From Catajapyx aquilonaris (lineage: Eukaryota), in contig KZ538491.1 in the NCBI GenBank assembly GCA_000934665.2, forward strand, positions 1 through 64,000: DNA of 64,000 nt. The letters are read 5' to 3'. The position numbers and the translations under genes were made by a program. The notes under the pieces were generated by a model. The model did not search any database, was not told the origin of the DNA, and worked only from the letters and a program-made list of their open reading frames with translations. How positions within the stretch are numbered: position 1 is the first letter of the stretch; each line of letters starts with the position of its first letter. Shown one piece after another: positions 57,799 to 64,000 of the stretch.

Positions 57799-59313
57799 CC
57801 TGACTCCAGTCACGTTGCCATCAGGTGCTGCTGGACACTGGCCATCCGTCCCTCAACACCACAACCGATCTGGTGCAGCTGACGGTCCCAGAACGGCAAC
57901 CATCCTCCATGGACCTTTTTTTTTTTGTTCCTTTTTTTTTGACGTGTTCCTCTTATTCCGACGCCTCCGACGCATCATGGGCACGCCCAGCATGTCGGAG
58001 GCATGCCCACTTGAGGCAGTCTGGCCAATGGAAGCTGCAGAGGACCAGCCAATCCCAATAAGGTTCCTCTTCCACTCGGCACTAATTTGGGGAGACAATT
58101 TCGTAACGGATTGGGATGCTGGGGGCCATCAGCTGGGAGAATTATTGCGATATTTGGGATGATTCTGTGAAAGGCCGGGTTCGTTTTACTGCGAATTTTA
58201 TGGGTGCTAAAATTGGACCGTTTCATCTGCTGTCAATGGAACTGGGAGAAAATAACTGCCTTATCGTTACTGTAGTAGTTTAGAAAATATAACTAGCTGC
58301 TACTTAATTATCATGTACGTGTTAAGCCTATATAAAAGACGTGTATTAAATTATTGCATATTATGGTTAATATTACCGCATCTCGAAAATACGTTTGGTC
58401 ATAATTTTTTTAACAAAGAAAGTCCAAGAAATTTTCTATACATCAACATAATAATTATAAATTTATAACCATGCACGATGGACATGGGTTTAGTTCATAC
58501 TACGATAGAGACAAACGCTACAATGTCTACATGAAATAAACAGTACCGGTATTCCCAAACTTGCAACCGTGTTTGGGAGAATATTCCTATTCATAAAATA
58601 ATATAAAAAGTAAATTGTACTAAACTTCCTCAACACTATAGCCGGCCAGAATGCATTAGAAAATTGCAGTGAAAAAAATGAGTTAAAAATAAAACTTCTG
58701 TTCTATTTTATGTAACTGAATACTGAACGATATTTTATAATACCTTCATTAGGTTAGGGTAGGTAGGACATGGGACATTTTTAGAGCGATTTTTAGTATC
58801 TCTTAAGTCAGTGTGATTTAAAAAAAAAACACACACACAATCGCCCATAACTTGTGCAAATCTGACTCGCACATAGAAAATCAAAATGACTGAAAATTTT
58901 GAGTAACTCAGAATAGATGGCAGAAACTACTCCAAATATTTTTGAGAGCGAACAGGTTGAATAGATTTACCCACAAGTTGCACCCAAATGGGCCAAATGC
59001 AAGGGCTAGTGATGTTGGGTTAGTGAGAGGGTGGTGGGTGACTATGACCACTTCGGCGCCAGAAGGACGGGGTTCCCGCGCCTTCCGAGACGCGTCTTTT
59101 TTTCTTTCTTTTTTCACTTTTTGTTGCTCCTTTTTCCTCCCATCCACCCCCCTCTCTCTCAACGCAAGAGTCCCCCCCGGCGAATGGCCCAAGGCTTGTC
59201 CTGCTAATGGCCCCAGGGAATGATGGGGGTCATTCGGGTGAACGGGGTGGGGTGGGATGGTGGAGCAGGTCTTGGGAAGGGTCACCTCCCACCAACACCA
59301 CCGGACTAAGCTG

Positions 59314-59327
59314 CACTTGACTTATCT
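59314..59327. promoter_or_regulatory. Adjacent NK2/Tinman and GATA sites upstream of Hand
   Basis: CACTTGA immediately followed by CTTATCT (AGATAAG on the minus strand). Confidence 0.4.
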
Positions 59328-61565
59328 CACAATAGGAAACAATTTTCCTGGGAAATACTAGTAGCCTCAATTAGGATGACATATGGAAAGAAAAATGAGT
59401 TGTCGTGATTGTCGGTAACAGAAATGTGTCGGGTCGGAATGTGACCTCCCACTTCTAAGTCACACGCCGACATCTGAGAACGTGTCAGCTTCAAGAGAAG
59501 AAAATGGGATGGGTTTCCTTCCTTCATCCGAAAGGAAACGAGTGTTGATTTTTTTGGGGGGGTCTTTTGGGGCGGAGACATTGCGGTGCTTCTATAGATG
59601 CGGCTGTATATGAAGCAGGGAGGCTGATGGTTTGGATCCAACTCCAAATGGCTATTGCATCCGACAGCTAGCTCTCCCTTTACATCCACCCTCATCCAAT
59701 TTCCACACTTGCACTAATTTCGCCATTATCAGGATGATGCACTCTGCCCATTGAAATTTTCTTGGTATGGCATGGAAAGTGCAGACACTGCTATAAACAA
59801 TCATAATTAATAATTAATTACCGGTACACATAAAATTGGCTAGGAAACGTGTTGACTCATCACCAAAGTGCATGTAGTTACCATAGTTACCGCGGAGTGG
59901 CAGTAGTGAACAAAGAGGAAGGATACGCGCCATCTATTGTACATTTTTGTGGTTATCAAAGTGGCACATTCCTATGAGAGAGTGAAAATCAGCAGTCTTA
60001 TTGGAAGTGACTCGAGTGAGTGAAATACTTAAATGTTGAGGAAGGCGGAAAGATGGAGGGGGTTTTTCTAGTAGAGTATAGAGGGGGAGACCTAGAAGAT
60101 TTACTGGGGGCAAATTTTTCACCTCATTACGTGTTGGCTGGGAGAGGAGTCGGATTGCCTCTGGAAGGACCCGAAGGCGCCTTCATCACTCACAGCTTTT
60201 TGGGGACCTCAGGGGTCACTCTATCCCTTCCTTCGACCCTCCTCAAAAAGGGGGGAAACCAAAACTCTTCACGCTAAATCATTTGCTTCACATGCTTCGC
60301 ATACTCGGGCCTGGACTAATTGGCACGATTTATCACAACTATTTGCACCGGGGTCACCACCTCCTGGAAACAAACCACATTGTTATTTATACTTCCGCCT
60401 TCTGTACACAATTGACGTCTCTCTGAGTTTACCCAACCCATTTTTAGCATATTTGTAGTATACTACCAGTTTAGAGCCTAAAAATTCATCTAAATATAGT
60501 CAATGATTGTCAACAATGTTAATGTTGCTTATAACTCTTTTGATTCAGTTATAATAATAGTTTTTGCATGTCATGAGGTGAGGTTATTGAAACTGCATAA
60601 ATGATGCACCTGCGAGTCTAAAAGTAGGAAAGGGTGGGCCATGTGGCTTTTTAAGGCTTTTGGACTCGAGCCCAGAAATAGCCAGACCATCCACTTTGCC
60701 ACCAAGAAAAGAAGAAAAAAAAAGACAAGAAAGAGAAAATTTCTGACTTCCAAAATTTTCCTATGCCCCCCCCCCNNNNNNNNNNNNNNNNNNNNNNNNN
60801 NNNNNNNNNNNNNNNNNNNNNNNNNNNNNNNNNNNNNNNNNNNNNNNNNNNNNNNNNNNNNNNNNNNNNNNNNNNNNNNNNNNNNNNNNNNNNNNNNNNN
60901 NNNNNNNNNNNNNNNNCCCCCCCCCCCCCTACATAACCTTCTCCCCCAAAATTTTCGAGGGTGGGTTTTCCTTTTGAGCTTTTCCGACACACACTTATAT
61001 CCTGGGAGGCTCTCGACTTCTAAGGATAAATCAAATCCTTTCCATTAGTAGGCTAGCCTCCAAAAAATAAGATCTTATCTGCACTCATGTGAAACACATT
61101 ATTTCTGTACATTTTCTCCAGGGGTTATGTGGGCCAGTTGTTGCAATGACGTCAAGAGTTTGGCGAAAGGCAGTTTGAGCGACTATAAAAGAGATAATAA
61201 GGCTGGCTTTGGGTTGGCTTCTGGTGTCTGCTGTGTTCAAATGAGCAGTTTTGGGGGGTGGGAGAGGATGGCCAGAGGGGGGGCCATGGGGGCGTCTGCT
61301 TATTCTCCAGAAACCCCTACTGTGACGTCACATTGTGGCGCGTGCCGAGTTCCGTCATTTGCATAATGAATACATTTGTTACAAGCCTGGTTTCTACAGC
61401 ATTTTAACTGACCTTTCAGATAATGGCTGTTTTATTAATATTTGCACTCTTCGTGATTAGACACTAGGTCCATTTGCAGGCAGACGTCCTCAAACAATGC
61501 AGTATATGTTTCTGATATCATATGCACGTACAGAAAAGGGACAAATAATATAAAAGAACAAGTTA

Positions 61566-61690
61566 GGCCCGGTTTCACAGAGCTCGGTATATGATAAAAC
61601 CAAGTTTCTTTAGGAAAATCCATACAAATATGTAGGGATTTTCCGAAAGAAACCTGGTTTTATCATATACCGAGCTCAGTGAAACCGGCC
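61566..61690. mobile_element. Palindromic MITE, PIF/Harbinger-like termini
   Basis: GGCCCGGTTTCACAGAGCTCGGTATATGATAAAACCA...TGGTTTTATCATATACCGAGCTCAGTGAAACCGGCC; TTA on the left, right TSD unclear. Confidence 0.6.
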
Positions 61691-62083
61691 GCGGCCCTTA
61701 GTGTAATAAAGAAAATAAAACAGGCATTGCAATTTTCAAATTATTTTCTCTACATTAACTATTAATAAGAATGTAAATATAAAAATATGTATGGATTCAT
61801 ATTTTCCTGACAAAACACTGTAATACTGCATACGGTACTGTACTATATAATATCAAGATTATTACACCTATACCAGTATCAGAAAAAGGACATTACACAT
61901 ACGTAATGTGCTGTAAGGATAAGGGGACTTTCAATTACACAAACTAGTCTTCAATATCCACATATATGGCTTTATTGTGAATATATAGGCACACAACATC
62001 TCAACTGTAAGTATAGTACAAAAATAATTGGAAGTCACACATAAATGCTATCTCTATGCTCATCATTATAGGCGGTTGTTTTT

Positions 62084-63351
62084 TTAGTAGGCAAAGCGGA
62101 GTCTGGGGGAGTAGCCCAGCTTGTCCAGGTTCGGATTGCAGGCAAAGTTGATCATTGGGGGTGGTCCGCAGAGAAGGACCACTGTGTCATCCGCAGGAGG
62201 AAAGAGGTGGTCGCTGATCATCTCTGCAGATACGAACCCAACGGAGTGCTTCCAACCTGTATTTGGAGCCACAAACGTATGGCTTAGTAAGCAATCTAGC
62301 TCTATGAAATGTGATGGACATTTAAATCTTTCCCTCAATTGTACTGCATTAGTACTTAATATGTCAGAAACTAATGGCTTTTCCTACTAACATTTGGAGT
62401 CATTTTCATGACTGAACCATGAATTGCTCCATACTGGGAAGATGAGTTATACCTCATTGAAATACAACTATTTCTGCTTCATATTCTATGTTTTTTACAC
62501 AGGAAGAACCATATCATGAATACCTCCCATGAGGTACAGTAGACTATACAGTGAAATAAGAAACTTGCAAAAAACGTATGTCCCAAAATATTCTTACCTT
62601 CGGTGGGTCTGTCCACAGTGTACCATACTTTGAAGGCATCTGGATTGGTTGCAGCAACGGCATCAAGCTCATCTCTCAAGAGAATATCATCTGGTGTCTG
62701 GTTAGCAAACAGTAGTGACATCTTGGTATTGTCGTCTGCATCTCTGATCACCTTCCTCACCAGCTGGAGCATGGGTGTGATCCCAGTCCCACCAGCAATC
62801 AAGTTCACTTTGGCCACTTTAATTTTCGCAGGAGGTGACTTCTTATCTGGTCGCACCTGGAAGCAGCCCATCCCAGTGTAGACCAAGAGTCCAGATGGCC
62901 CCCTGACATCTATGGTGTCACCAATGGCCATGGATTCCAAATGCTGGCTCATCTTCCCGCCCTCAGGGAACTTCGGATGAACATCTTTGAAGTAGACTTT
63001 GATGACCAGGTCCATATGACCCCGGTCCTTCTCTTCCTCGTCGCTGGACACTGGGGTGTAAGGTCGCACAACCAGGTTCCCATTGATCCGTGCAGACAGG
63101 TAAATGTGCTGGCCTGTAGGCAGCCCTAGGCAATGTTTCGGCGAGGGTAGGGCAAATCGGAACCGACGTGTGTCATGGCTCACGTTCTCTTTCTCCACCA
63201 GGCGTAAGGGGTATTTGGTGTCTGGATCGAGCAGTGCTTTTGGGGGTTCAGCAGAGCGACTGCCTCCTCCATTTCGGCGGCGACTCAGATAGAATTTGGC
63301 AAGGACAGCGGTCACCACTACAACAGCCAGCCCAACCACTACAGGGCCTGC
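62084..63351 (-). CDS. CYB5R3: NADH-cytochrome b5 reductase, 3' part; exons 63351-62598 and 62256-62084; first coding exon not identified, probably beyond the window
   Basis: N-terminal membrane anchor, [97 protein letters not shown]. Confidence 0.96.
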
Positions 63352-63976
63352 CTGAAAAATTTATAATCTTATAAGCCACACAATGTAAATAATCTAAAGG
63401 AACCTTAAGAGCGCACTGGAGCAAAATAGGACAAAAAGTGCACATACACCTTGCATTTATAGGCAAGGTCAACAGGTTTAAACGTCGCAAACATGGTTAG
63501 ATGAAATTGTGTTGCGAGTAAAGTGCAAACCAAAATAATGTCAGTGTAGAAATTTTATCAGGCAAGAGGAGAACGAATCTTTGCAAAGGGCCAATAAAAC
63601 GCACCCATGAACAGGCGGTTACTTCCCACAAGTGCAATTTCCGGCTCTCCATCACACATTGCTTTTCTTTCTCTCTTGAAAAAAGTAATTTTATTGGCAC
63701 TTATATAACTGCAATTTCTGCTGATCACTGTAGAAAACAAACCACCTGTCCTTCCGCAACACATTTGTAGAAACACATAACGCAAATTATTGAGAATGTA
63801 CCAATAACATGACATCAACTACCGTACTGCTTTAAAATATGCATTTTACTGCTACATTTGAGAAGAAAATATTTCAGTAAAATTGTCACTAATAACAATT
63901 TGCCTGATACGACCATTTTAATGTACGGTAATGAAATTGATTTTATTTGACCTAATCATATACCGTGGGATGTCCA

Positions 63977-64000
63977 TTATTATTATTATTATTATTATTA
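63977..64000. repeat. (ATT)n microsatellite
   Basis: Directly visible at the window end. Confidence 0.9.

Noticed and set aside
58908..59310. Possible Hand first coding exon (VLVGGD..HHP resembles the vertebrate Hand N-terminus)
   Set aside because: That frame hits TGA with no suitable donor or ATG; exon 57715-57798 has an ATG, a GT donor and the right phase

Overview
This is eukaryotic, gene-dense animal DNA with many 55-100 nt spliceosomal introns, most likely from an arthropod (inference), so the ORF track shows only exon fragments. I rebuilt the genes by hand from splice sites. In order: 3' end of a class II PI3K (+), an atypical ZnT/SLC30 transporter (-), SPT2 (+), exocyst Sec10/EXOC5 (+), two tandem RNF141 paralogues (-), NDUFA9 (+), a 4-finger C2H2 gene (-), NAA15 (+, 15 exons), dCMP deaminase (-), the cardiac bHLH gene Hand (-, almost invisible in the ORF track) and the 3' part of cytochrome b5 reductase (-). 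The most interesting hidden structure is in the NAA15 introns. They hold a four-copy family of box C/D snoRNA candidates with an invariant guide, a fifth unrelated C/D candidate, and a nested antisense gene for a secreted Pro/Thr/Tyr-rich protein spliced through two consecutive GC-AG introns. Introns and intergenic DNA also contain tRNA-derived SINEs with target-site duplications, hAT-, mariner/pogo-, piggyBac- and Harbinger-like MITEs (one inserted in a SINE) and several fold-back palindromes. There is no CRISPR array or prokaryotic system. Protein identities come from recalled family motifs; no database search was possible.
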